Source: a virus
Reading direction: 5' to 3' (one strand)
DNA: 64,000 nucleotides
Virus record (IMG/VR): IMGVR_UViG_3300006141_000001
The translations under genes were made by a program, and so were the position numbers. This document shows, piece after piece, positions 21,016-30,300 of this stretch. The notes below the pieces were generated by a model. The model worked only from the letters and a program-made list of their open reading frames with translations. It did no database searches and was not told the DNA's origin. The number at the start of each line of letters is the position of its first letter. Within the stretch, counting starts at the first letter, position 1.

Positions 21016-22212
21016 ATGAGATGCTTGAAAGGTACTATATTGTTTGTATTAACCATTGTAAGTTGCATTTTTTTATTTAAAAGTGACGCCAAAGCAGCAG
21101 ATGCAAGTTTTTTCAAAGAATATTCTGGCGATTACTGCGTATATAAAGAATATCATTTTACTTTAAAATACAAATGTAAAATGACAATTTACATGGAATG
21201 TGAAGAGTCCGAAGACGATGGATATTATGATGGATTGTTGATAACTATATATGATAATGATGAAAATTATAAGTTTGGGAAACAGATGTTTTCATCTGGT
21301 ATTTTTCAGAAGACAATCACTCTGATGCCTGGGAAATATACACTGGACATTGAAAGTGACGGTGCATATTATCTCATATTGGACGGAGAATACTGTCCTG
21401 AGTTATCACAAAAAAATATAACTTTGCAAGAAGGAAAATCCAAAACATTAAAAGTGAGTCCCCATACAAAAAAGATTAGATGGTCTAGTTCAAATAAATC
21501 AATTGTGACGGTTAATGGAAAAGGTGTTGTAAAAGCAAAGAAAGCTGGGAAAGCAATTATTACAGCTAAATGTGCTGGGTACACATTAAAATGTAAGGTT
21601 ATTGTAGAAAAGAAACCAGTATCATATAAAGATATTTCGAAAAAAATGAAAGATTTTGCAAGGAGAAACAATGGGTTCAAATTTAAAAATGTAGACGTTG
21701 GAAGAATTTGTAGGGTTTATGCAGGTTCTTTAGGAGATATAGATAATTCAAAAGTTGATAGCGAGTTATATTCTATGTATGCAATTTTATGGCCATATAT
21801 AGAATTAGTAAAAAAAAGTAATAGTAAAACTGAGATACGTATAAAAATATATGGCGAATTATTTGAAAGGGCATTATATGATAGCACTTCATTACATTGT
21901 TGTTCAATAAATACACGTACTTCTAATAGAATGATGGATTTTTCGATGACGCATACATATGGGAAGAATTTTTACAATTATGCAGAAGGATACTATGAAG
22001 GAAAAATGAAGGGGTATTCAACAGTGTTTACATCGTCAAAAGTAGATTCATCAAAACTAAAGAAATTTGAAACCATGTTAGGGCAAAATTCATTATCTAT
22101 GAGGATCGTAAGTTCAGATGGAGCTTATTATCAAATCTCGATACCCTATGATGCAAGAAGTAATTGGAAGAAATTAGTAAAAGAGTATCGGCTGTTATTG
22201 AAACAATTTTAG
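21016..22212 (+). CDS. Secreted protein with bacterial Ig-like (Big_2) domain; moron
   Basis: Signal peptide ending AKA; ITLQEGKSKTL...WSSSNKSIVTVNGKGVVKAKKAGKAIITA Big_2 signature; GGGAGG RBS. Confidence 0.85.
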   Translation: MRCLKGTILFVLTIVSCIFLFKSDAKAADASFFKEYSGDYCVYKEYHFTLKYKCKMTIYMECEESEDDGYYDGLLITIYDNDENYKFGKQMFSSGIFQKTITLMPGKYTLDIESDGAYYLILDGEYCPELSQKNITLQEGKSKTLKVSPHTKKIRWSSSNKSIVTVNGKGVVKAKKAGKAIITAKCAGYTLKCKVIVEKKPVSYKDISKKMKDFARRNNGFKFKNVDVGRICRVYAGSLGDIDNSKVDSELYSMYAILWPYIELVKKSNSKTEIRIKIYGELFERALYDSTSLHCCSINTRTSNRMMDFSMTHTYGKNFYNYAEGYYEGKMKGYSTVFTSSKVDSSKLKKFETMLGQNSLSMRIVSSDGAYYQISIPYDARSNWKKLVKEYRLLLKQF

Positions 22213-22247
22213 GAACTTACGCAAAAAACTGAACTTTTAAAAACTGC

Positions 22248-22378
22248 CATATACATCTGCTTATATGTGCGTAAATCGGGTCTATTTGCCTTCAAAATAT
22301 TTTACGGTAAATTTTATAGCCTGTAATATTCTGACGCAAATTTGCGAGTAATTTTTGCCATATAAGCAGAGATATATG
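22248..22378. repeat. 20-bp imperfect inverted repeat enclosing 91 bp
   Basis: CATATACATCTGCTTATATG (22248-22267) / CATATAAGCAGAGATATATG (22359-22378), 18/20 complementary. Confidence 0.75.
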
Positions 22379-22398
22379 CCTATTTTGCAAATTGGCCA

Positions 22399-22983
22399 TT
22401 ATGTCAATGGTGTCACTATTGCTTCTGCAGCAGATAACGCCGCTTCTTTTGAATCCCATTTTAAGCAGTCTCCATCCCTTACCTGCATGTCGCCTATATA
22501 TGCATACCAGTGCTGGCCACCATTGAATTGTTTGATACGGATATCCTCCTTCTTAAAATCTGGGAAAACAAGGCTCTTCCTTCTACAGAACTGTACTGTT
22601 TCGATCCCGAATGTATGCCCGCCAACCTGGTTGATAAAGACAGCACCATATTCCCGGATCGTGTCAAGTTCTGCTTTTCCTGTATCCATATTTAACAAAC
22701 GAAATCCGTCTATTATAGTCCCTTCTATTTGCTCTGCTAATATGATTGCAGATTGGAGGTATTTATAATCTCTACTTTCCATTAACTTAATTCGCTCCTG
22801 TAATGCGATGCCGTCAAGCAGGTCGTACCATTCTTTCCCGTCTTGCCTTAATTTCATGTATAGTCTTATTGCGCCCTCATACCTGTTTTCTGTCTGTTTA
22901 TGGTAATCTATAACCTGTTCTGGCTCTGTCAGTTTAAGCCACCATGCTTCGCTGTCATAGACAAAAAGATATTCATTTTCCAT
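22399..22983 (-). CDS. Hypothetical protein
   Basis: 194-aa ORF with AAAGGAG RBS. Confidence 0.8.
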   Translation of the reverse strand: MENEYLFVYDSEAWWLKLTEPEQVIDYHKQTENRYEGAIRLYMKLRQDGKEWYDLLDGIALQERIKLMESRDYKYLQSAIILAEQIEGTIIDGFRLLNMDTGKAELDTIREYGAVFINQVGGHTFGIETVQFCRRKSLVFPDFKKEDIRIKQFNGGQHWYAYIGDMQVRDGDCLKWDSKEAALSAAEAIVTPLT

Positions 22984-23005
22984 TTTCTTTGGCTCCTTTC
23001 GTCAT

Positions 23006-23206
23006 TTAAGAATGGAAGTATCTTCCAACCTCATCAACAAACTTGCTTGACTCCTCGTCTGAGAACCTGGTGAATTTTACCATGGAACAATAAAGTTCGT
23101 GTTTTGTCCTGTTTAATATCTTTCTTGTTTCTTCTGGGAACGGATAATCTTTATCATATAAGCCCGTATTATTTTCGGTTACTGTTTTCATCCTCTTTTT
23201 GGCCAC
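23006..23206 (-). CDS. Hypothetical protein
   Basis: 66-aa ORF upstream of the 22983 gene; start uncertain. Confidence 0.55.
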   Translation of the reverse strand: MAKKRMKTVTENNTGLYDKDYPFPEETRKILNRTKHELYCSMVKFTRFSDEESSKFVDEVGRYFHS

Positions 23207-23331
23207 CTTTCGCTTAATTATTTCTTAGTTTAAATTATTAATTTTTACCAGATTATTCTTAAGGATTTCTTTACAAATATTTTACATTTTTACCTGGGTT
23301 TTAGCATACGTGAAAATATCCTCCCGGTTTG

Positions 23332-23591
23332 TACCCTAATTTTTACCCTAATTGTTTCGATTTCAAACGGTCTGGAACGGTCTAAAACGACCCGGAACAT
23401 ACCACACGCAATTAATACAAAAAAGCTACATCCACTGTATCATCAGGGTCTGTAGCATTTTCGTAGGGTTGGGCTATTCTATTTTAGCCAACAGCTCGTA
23501 GGGGAATCGAAAATGTACGCTGCCACGAAAAACCGCCTATTTATGCGGTATTGCAATGCCGTTAGCCCAGATTACCCTAAAATTACCCTAA
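23332..23591. other. attP: core (23492-23511) matches the 3' end of a tRNA-Glu-like gene; tandem arm-type repeats on both sides
   Basis: Minus strand TTCGATTCCCCTACGAGCTG (T-loop, T-stem 3' strand, acceptor 3' strand); (T)TACCCTAA pairs at 23332/23343 and 23572/23583; directly downstream of the integrase. Confidence 0.8.
23418..23457 (-). terminator. Terminator downstream of the att core
   Basis: Minus strand GCTACA...TGTAGC followed by TTTTTT. Confidence 0.55.
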
Positions 23592-23618
23592 TGCTTGAAA
23601 AAGACAGAAATGGCCGAC

Positions 23619-24791
23619 TCATATCATATCTACATACTTTTTCACGTCTGTCACATGCATCAAGTCCATAGCCTCGGCTTTCATCTCATTAATAATGTGG
23701 ATATACCTGTCATATGTGAACTGTACTGTACTATGCCCAAGGATTTCACTTATAACTTTTATGTCGACTCCTTTTCGGATCATGACCGATCCAAATGTAT
23801 GCCTTAAGGCATGTAGCCCTTTATATTCTATGTGGTTCTCCTCGCATATCCTTGAGAAGGTTTGCTCAAGCACCCTGACTAGCATCGGCTTCCCTTCCTT
23901 TGTCGATATGACGTAATCTGACCCTGTGCATGTTTCCGCCTGCCTTTTCTTCAACTCTTTTAATATGAAGTAAGCCGTCTCATTCATCGGGATACACCTA
24001 TTGCTTTTTTTGGTCTTGGCAGTTGTTATTACGTGTACATTTTTGGTGCTTTCATCAAATCTGCCCCTGTTCTTTATTGTAGATACAGTCTTGTTTATCC
24101 TTATGACACGTTTCTCAAAGTCAATATCAGTCCATCTCATGGCAGCAAGTTCCCCAACTCTCATGCCTGTGTTCAGCAATAATATATAGGCTGGTGCATA
24201 GCGATACCTGTTCGTGTTCCTCGTACTTGTCCCATAATATCCCATACATGCCTTGGTCATCTTATGAATCTCGTCCTGTAAGTATATCTTCGGGATATCT
24301 GCATCCTCATTCGTTCCAACCAGATTGTTTTTCCTTGGCATCGCCACGAAATCCAATGGGTTGAATGCCATCTTCTTTTCTATGACAGCGCGTTTTATCG
24401 CTGGGTTTATTATTTCAATGATTTTCTTTAGTGTTGATTCAGAGTATTTTGAGGCAGTGTCATCTATAAAATATTGTATGTCATCTATTGTTATATCTTT
24501 TAGTCTTTTCTGGGAGATTGCGGATCCACAGATCTGGTTTTGGTATACCCTCTCAAGTATGTCATATGACGAATCCTTTATTTTTCCATATTTGTATGTT
24601 GTAAGCCAATTCTCAATATAATTTGAGAATATTTCTTTAGAGTATTCTACTCCTGCCAAATTTTTCCTGTATTCCCTCAGTTTCTTCCTGGCCTCAGCTT
24701 CGTTCTTCCCATAAAACGACTTCTGCTCCCCCCCAATCATTACCCTCAGTTCTGTCCTGCCATTCTTTACCCTTAAACTTCCTTCTTTCAT
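23619..24791 (-). CDS. int: Tyrosine recombinase (phage integrase)
   Basis: TGMRVGE, AKTKKS, HALRHTF, LGHS...TYDRY catalytic motifs; N-terminal arm-binding and core-binding domains. Confidence 0.95.
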   Translation of the reverse strand: MKEGSLRVKNGRTELRVMIGGEQKSFYGKNEAEARKKLREYRKNLAGVEYSKEIFSNYIENWLTTYKYGKIKDSSYDILERVYQNQICGSAISQKRLKDITIDDIQYFIDDTASKYSESTLKKIIEIINPAIKRAVIEKKMAFNPLDFVAMPRKNNLVGTNEDADIPKIYLQDEIHKMTKACMGYYGTSTRNTNRYRYAPAYILLLNTGMRVGELAAMRWTDIDFEKRVIRINKTVSTIKNRGRFDESTKNVHVITTAKTKKSNRCIPMNETAYFILKELKKRQAETCTGSDYVISTKEGKPMLVRVLEQTFSRICEENHIEYKGLHALRHTFGSVMIRKGVDIKVISEILGHSTVQFTYDRYIHIINEMKAEAMDLMHVTDVKKYVDMI

Positions 24792-24844
24792 TTGTGTCCT
24801 CCTTTATTGTCAGAAAAAGGAGGGTATTAACACGTATGATATAC

Positions 24845-24873
24845 AGTATAACATCCTCCACATATAACGTCAA
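24845..24873 (-). promoter_or_regulatory. Integrase promoter
   Basis: Minus strand TTGACG-17 bp-TATACT with TG extension. Confidence 0.75.
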
Positions 24874-24880
24874 CTAAAAC

Positions 24881-25063
24881 TTATTCATAAAACAATTCTT
24901 CACCTATATTATCATTGATCCATTTTTCAACTGCACTTTCAGTTGTAATATAGTCATTCCCTATTTTTACTAATGGGAGTTCCCCAGCCTTCAACAGTTT
25001 ATTGAATTTCGTTTTTCCAAAATGAAGCATATCCATCAGTTCTTTCCCAGTGATTATCTCCAT
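24881..25063 (-). CDS. xis: Excisionase-like HTH protein
   Basis: GGAGGTGG RBS before MEIITGKELMDMLHFGKTKFNKLLKAGELPLVKIG (HTH_17 type); adjacent to int. Confidence 0.85.
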   Translation of the reverse strand: MEIITGKELMDMLHFGKTKFNKLLKAGELPLVKIGNDYITTESAVEKWINDNIGEELFYE

Positions 25064-25141
25064 ATGCCACCACCTCCTTTGGATAGCCCTATATCTATAG
25101 ATTATCCTATGATCCATTCCCTTCATTAATATATCCGTGTA

Positions 25142-25489
25142 TTATATTTTCTTAATTCCTAATTTTTTCATTTCTTTCCTTATGCTCTTTTCAATGTCAT
25201 TCAATATAGGATCATAGTTCCCACAATCAACATGGTAGAATGGATAATATTTGTTCCTTTCTCCAAAATTCCTCCATACATCAACCCTGATTTCATTTGA
25301 CAGTTCGTAATAATTAAACTCACAGTCTAAAGTCGCAGTGTCTTTGTAATATATGGCATGGAACCTATATGTATAAACATTGCCATCTTCTTCATTTGAG
25401 TAAAATTTGTTCGGCTTAAACTTATTTTTGTCAAGCCATTCTTTTGTAATCCCTTCTTTAATATATGTAGATTCTGCAATAGCTCCCAT
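25142..25489 (-). CDS. Hypothetical protein
   Basis: AAGGAGTGA RBS before ATG at 25489. Confidence 0.75.
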   Translation of the reverse strand: MGAIAESTYIKEGITKEWLDKNKFKPNKFYSNEEDGNVYTYRFHAIYYKDTATLDCEFNYYELSNEIRVDVWRNFGERNKYYPFYHVDCGNYDPILNDIEKSIRKEMKKLGIKKI

Positions 25490-25649
25490 AGAAATCACTC
25501 CTTTTCAGGTTTATAATTATTGCACGTAACACATCGCCCCCAATAATATGATTTTTCTTTGCAGCCGCAATAAACCGTTATTTTTGGCCTGTTTTCTTCA
25601 TTGATGGGTGAATAGATATATTTTTCACATTGGCTTGTTACAATTATAT

Positions 25650-26285
25650 TCATTTTAGCTTCCTTTCCAGATGCCTAATAAAGTTATCCCATTCGCCAAT
25701 TGAATGTATGTAGTTCTTACCTTTAAGGCCTTTCAATGCCATATCTGCTTTTATGTCTTCCCAGGTATTCTTTTTAGTGGCTAAGGACTGTATGTATTTT
25801 TTTGTTATATGGCTTAATTCAACCATCCGTTCTAAACCAATTCTGTTTACTATTTCTTTATAAGGCTCCATATCTTCTTCAGATATTTTGTACTCCTTAT
25901 TTTTAGGTAGGTTTTTGGAACTGAATGGGCTGATATTTGCGCCAGATGTTTTAGGCATTAAGTATTTTTTTAACTTATCAAAATCTTTGGCTTTAAAACG
26001 GAACAGGATTTCGGAATCGTTTTCTGTGATGTTGGATATGATGCTGTCCCCAAATTCTTCCATGGACGACCTGATAATATTGCGCCCTCTTTTGGCCGAT
26101 GGTATGTATGCCTCTAAAATTCCTTTTCCATAATGAAAAACCCTGGTGTTCTTATAACAGTCAATATAACAGTCGATATCTTCATATGTCCCATCCAGCT
26201 TTTTAGGGAACATGTTAGTAGTCTTATCATATTCACATTTAATCCGATATTTCCCCTTATAATGAGAAAACAAGTAGTTTGATAT
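25650..26285 (-). CDS. Hypothetical protein (probable ATA start)
   Basis: RBS GAAGGTGAG precedes in-frame ATA at 26285; ORF track starts at TTG 26273. Confidence 0.75.
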   Translation of the reverse strand: MSNYLFSHYKGKYRIKCEYDKTTNMFPKKLDGTYEDIDCYIDCYKNTRVFHYGKGILEAYIPSAKRGRNIIRSSMEEFGDSIISNITENDSEILFRFKAKDFDKLKKYLMPKTSGANISPFSSKNLPKNKEYKISEEDMEPYKEIVNRIGLERMVELSHITKKYIQSLATKKNTWEDIKADMALKGLKGKNYIHSIGEWDNFIRHLERKLK

Positions 26286-26302
26286 ATTCTCACCTTCTTT
26301 CT

Positions 26303-26569
26303 TTAATCTTCTTGCTCTGCTTCATATTCAGTCTTTGGGGCATTTTTCTCGGCATCAAGGACCCTATCCAAAGCAATGCCTCTGTCATAAAATAAAATTG
26401 TGCCAATATCCTGGTAGCCAAATAAGTAAGCATGTTTCTCTCTTTTCTCAATCCCTACGAACCATGTGTCCATGACTGTCCTAATTTTCAATTCGCATAT
26501 TTCGTATAACCCTGCACTTGGTAAAATCCGTGCGTAATATAATATATCGTTCTTTTTCAGTGTTTCCAT
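26303..26569 (-). CDS. Hypothetical protein
   Basis: 88-aa ORF with AAGGAAG RBS. Confidence 0.75.
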   Translation of the reverse strand: METLKKNDILYYARILPSAGLYEICELKIRTVMDTWFVGIEKREKHAYLFGYQDIGTILFYDRGIALDRVLDAEKNAPKTEYEAEQED

Positions 26570-26609
26570 AAAATGGCTTCCTTTTATTTAATAAATTTGG
26601 GTTTATGTA

Positions 26610-26714
26610 TTGCAAAATGTAAGAATGTATGTTATAGTGTATATATGTTTTAGCACCCTTTCCCCCGTAAGGGGGCTTACGGCTGCTTTGGATAAACACC
26701 ATTGCAGCCATTTT
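26610..26714 (+). ncRNA. Candidate ~70-nt small RNA with its own promoter
   Basis: TTGCAA-17 bp-TATAGT (TG-extended); CCCCC-GTAA-GGGGG GNRA hairpin; GGCTGC...GCAGCC-ATTTT terminator-like hairpin. Confidence 0.55.
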
Positions 26715-26735
26715 AAATTCCTGTCCGTCCGTTTC

Positions 26736-27371
26736 CTAATCGCACCATAAAACAACGTCTCCTTGTTGTAGGGATTTTTTAACAGCTATTACCCTTTGGT
26801 TGCTGCTCCCCCTCCACTTAAGGGAAACATTCTTTTTAGAGTCTATGTACCTGCCATCTACAAACACATCGCATTGTGATATTATATTTTTTCTTTTCTC
26901 AAAGCACTCATATGCCATTGCTGTGTAGCCATCAATAATAATTTTTGATTCCTCAAATATCTCCTCCCAGGTATAGCCGGAATAAATCCAGATAGATTTG
27001 CCAGCAAATGAAATTGGCCTTTCATTGCATTTTGGGGCTTCGGAAACCAGTTGTTTTCTTGGGTTTTCTGAACTGGGTGTTTGGAAATTATGCGGATTTT
27101 TTATTTCTGTGACCAAATCAAGCACAGGATCGAGATTCCATGGTGCAAGAGGATCTCCCCCGCTTAAAGTCAGCCCAGATATATGGTCTTTGCCCAGTTC
27201 ATTGAGCAGTTCTTCTTTTGCTTCCTCATCAAACCTGATTCCACCATCTGGATCCCATGTCTGAGGGTTCTGGCAATTTTTGCATTTATGGGTACATCCT
27301 GAAAGCCACAAAACGACCCTCAGTCCGTCACCATTATTCATGTCAGGATATGTAATGTTATGGTAGTTGAT
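26736..27371 (-). CDS. nrdG: Anaerobic ribonucleotide reductase activating enzyme (radical SAM)
   Basis: NGDGLRVVLWLSGCTHKCKNCQN CxxxCxxC, SGGDPL, VDGRY, WRGSSNQR; AAGGAGTGA RBS precedes ATC at 27371. Confidence 0.93.
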   Translation of the reverse strand: MNYHNITYPDMNNGDGLRVVLWLSGCTHKCKNCQNPQTWDPDGGIRFDEEAKEELLNELGKDHISGLTLSGGDPLAPWNLDPVLDLVTEIKNPHNFQTPSSENPRKQLVSEAPKCNERPISFAGKSIWIYSGYTWEEIFEESKIIIDGYTAMAYECFEKRKNIISQCDVFVDGRYIDSKKNVSLKWRGSSNQRVIAVKKSLQQGDVVLWCD

Positions 27372-27395
27372 AAAATCACTCCTTAAAATATAGTG

Positions 27396-30300
27396 TTACA
27401 TTGATTTCCTATCTTTTATCTCCGCATTTTTGGCTTCGTTATATCTTGTTTCCCCATGTACCCTAGTAAACCCAAGGTAACCATTCATCCTGTCTATTTT
27501 TGTAATCATTTCACTTCCGCATTTTGGGCAAACATCCATTTCGACCTGCTGATATCCGCAATCTTCACAATAGCACATGGCGAGATTGACACCTTCATAG
27601 AAACCTTTCTCCATTGCCCTAAGCACGAGTGTCTTAATTGCTTCTACATTATACCCCAAATTATAACGACAATATTGTATTTTCCCCCCGTTGAAGTATG
27701 GCCAGAACCTTTCTTCTTTGTCCTGCTTCTCAATTGGCGACATATCTTCTGATACATGGCAATGGAAACTATTGCTTACATACGACCTGTCAGAAACATT
27801 CTCAATCATCCCATACATTTTCCTAAACTGTTCTATTTGCAGTCCGCAGAGCGATTCTGCTGGTGTCCCATAAATGGCATATAGGATATTATCTTCCTCT
27901 TTAATTCTGTCTACATATTTTTGGATATACTGCATCACCTCCAATGCAAATTCACCGTCTTCACGGATTGATTTTCCGTTATATAGTCTTTGCAATTCGT
28001 TCAACGCAGTAATTCCAAAGCTTATTGTCATTGGAGGCAAGATTGATTTGATTTTCTCTTCTGGCTTAAGCCTTCCTCCATACAGCCCTCCCTCACAGAA
28101 TGCAACCGGATTCACGCTTGCCCGCAATTCTCCAACATAATCGTATGTACGCTTATGCAATCCTCTGATAAGTTCAAGATAATTGTATAATACATCATAG
28201 AAATTTTTTGATTCTTGTTTTGCTTTCGCAAGAATCATCGGCAAATGCAAAGAAACAACTCCCAGGTTAAACCGCCCCTCAAATACTGGCTTGTCATTCT
28301 CATCGAGTGGGTACATACCGCCTTTTTCATACCATGGCGAAAGGAATGCTCTACAGTTGTGGCTATATATTCCACTTACTTCAAAGTGTTCGCTATCAGT
28401 AGTCACATCATAACTATACATTGTTGATTCAACTGGCAAAACCTCAATAACTTCCGCATTTGTATTATAATGGTCTGACACCATCTCTATATAACTATTT
28501 CTTTTTTTCAAACAAACAATATAATTCAATAGTTCTTCAATAGGATAAAATTCTACCCTATACCTGATTGCATTTGGATTCTTCTTAGTGTAATGATTAT
28601 GGTACAATTTTGCTGGCATAGCTAAAGCCTGTGCCAAAGCCATTTGCTGTAATGCCAATTCTTTATTGGTGGAACCAATTTGCACTACAGACCCGCCATG
28701 TGAATCTTTATTAATATATCCGTCTGCATCAATCATTCCTGCCAAAAAAGACAGTTTGCTTTCATAATCCCATGAAAAAACTTCATTTGGAATATGTCTA
28801 TTGTTTTTATTTATTCCTTCAAACTTCTTTGTCAAATAATTGATGGTTCTCTGTAAATTATTATTACAATCTGCAATTGCTGCTAAATCTTTATAAACGC
28901 CTTTTTTCCCACGTTTTTGGAGTATGGTTTTGCTATCTAAATCAAAATATTTTTTAAACACAGCATGGAAATTTTCTTCAATATCATTCTCTTCCTCAGC
29001 AGCTATTGAAGCAAAAACTTTATTGCCTTGATAGCATCCGTCACATAACAGAAATCCTAATAACCATGCCTTATCCTTATTAAAAACAATATTTTCTTGT
29101 GTATATTGAGATGAATTAATAAGAATCTGCTCTCCTTTATCAAGTTCGCCTGCTTTTTTGGTAATATTGTCTGTTGTTGTGATAGGATGATCTGATGTGC
29201 ATAATAATCTTCTCCCATTTGATAAATGCAAATCTACCCAATTATCTGACATATTCCTTATGATTTTTTTAGTATTTACAAATCCCTTTTCTGTATCATA
29301 AATTTCTACATTTTCTAAATCCATATACTGATGCGGTTGCCCACTGATTTGTTGTTTGGGTTCAAAATAATCTGACAGCCTATTCCACATTCTTTCAAAT
29401 GATTCCGCGTATAGCATACTGTTATATTTATATGTAACAATTTCTTTACCATCAACACAGCCCATGGGACTTACCACTCTTCCATATTTTTTATACATGT
29501 CACATACATACCCATTCCCTGTTAAAGACAGCCAGTCTGGATACATAGTCTTGCTGCTACAGTCAATGCCAGCATTAAACACATCAGCGTTTTGATACCT
29601 ATCGCTTCCATCACCATGCAAATTTTTGTCGTATAAGAATACGATTTTAGGGAACAAAACAGGGCGTTTAAACCCATTTTTACCCTGTCCATTCTTATGT
29701 ACATTAAGCAATGTAATGGCTGCCATTTTACCAAACTTTTCTGTCGATAGCCCTATCGTCATTGTTACAAAAGGATAATCTCCTCTGCTTGATCCGACCG
29801 TATTCAACTTGTATTCGATTCCCTGCCAGCCTTGCTCAAAGTCACGCCGCACTTTTTTATTCGCATATTTGTTGCGTTCATTTCGGAAATCATGCTCATA
29901 CTTTGAAATATCATAATCCAAATCTGTGCAAATACTATCAAATTCCTCTAGATACTTTTCATACGATTTTTCAGCATATGGTACTAACATCTTGTCAACT
30001 TCTGGTATTGTAAACCCACCGTACTGTTGTGCTGCTGTAGCTAAAATAATATCTCCCATTACACCAAAAGCGGTATTCAAAGAATTTGGCTCATTATACC
30101 AAATATTCCCCATCTCAAATCCATTTTTCATGACCTCGCCAATCCTAAAAAGGCAGCAGTTAAAAGTATCAAGCCTTGCACTCCTATCATGGATGTAAAT
30201 ATACCCATCTTTCATTGCCTGCTTTTCATCTAATGTCAAAAAGAATTTCTTATAAAGTTCTCCGTTCAATTCATTAAAAATCAGGCTTCTTTTTGTCGCA

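Noticed and set aside
22355-22768. 137-aa plus-strand ORF
   Set aside because: Overlaps the minus-strand gene 22399-22983, which has a clear RBS, and starts within the inverted repeat
23440-23560. Complete tRNA gene
   Set aside because: Only the T-loop to acceptor 3' strand is present; no D or anticodon arm, so it is an att core
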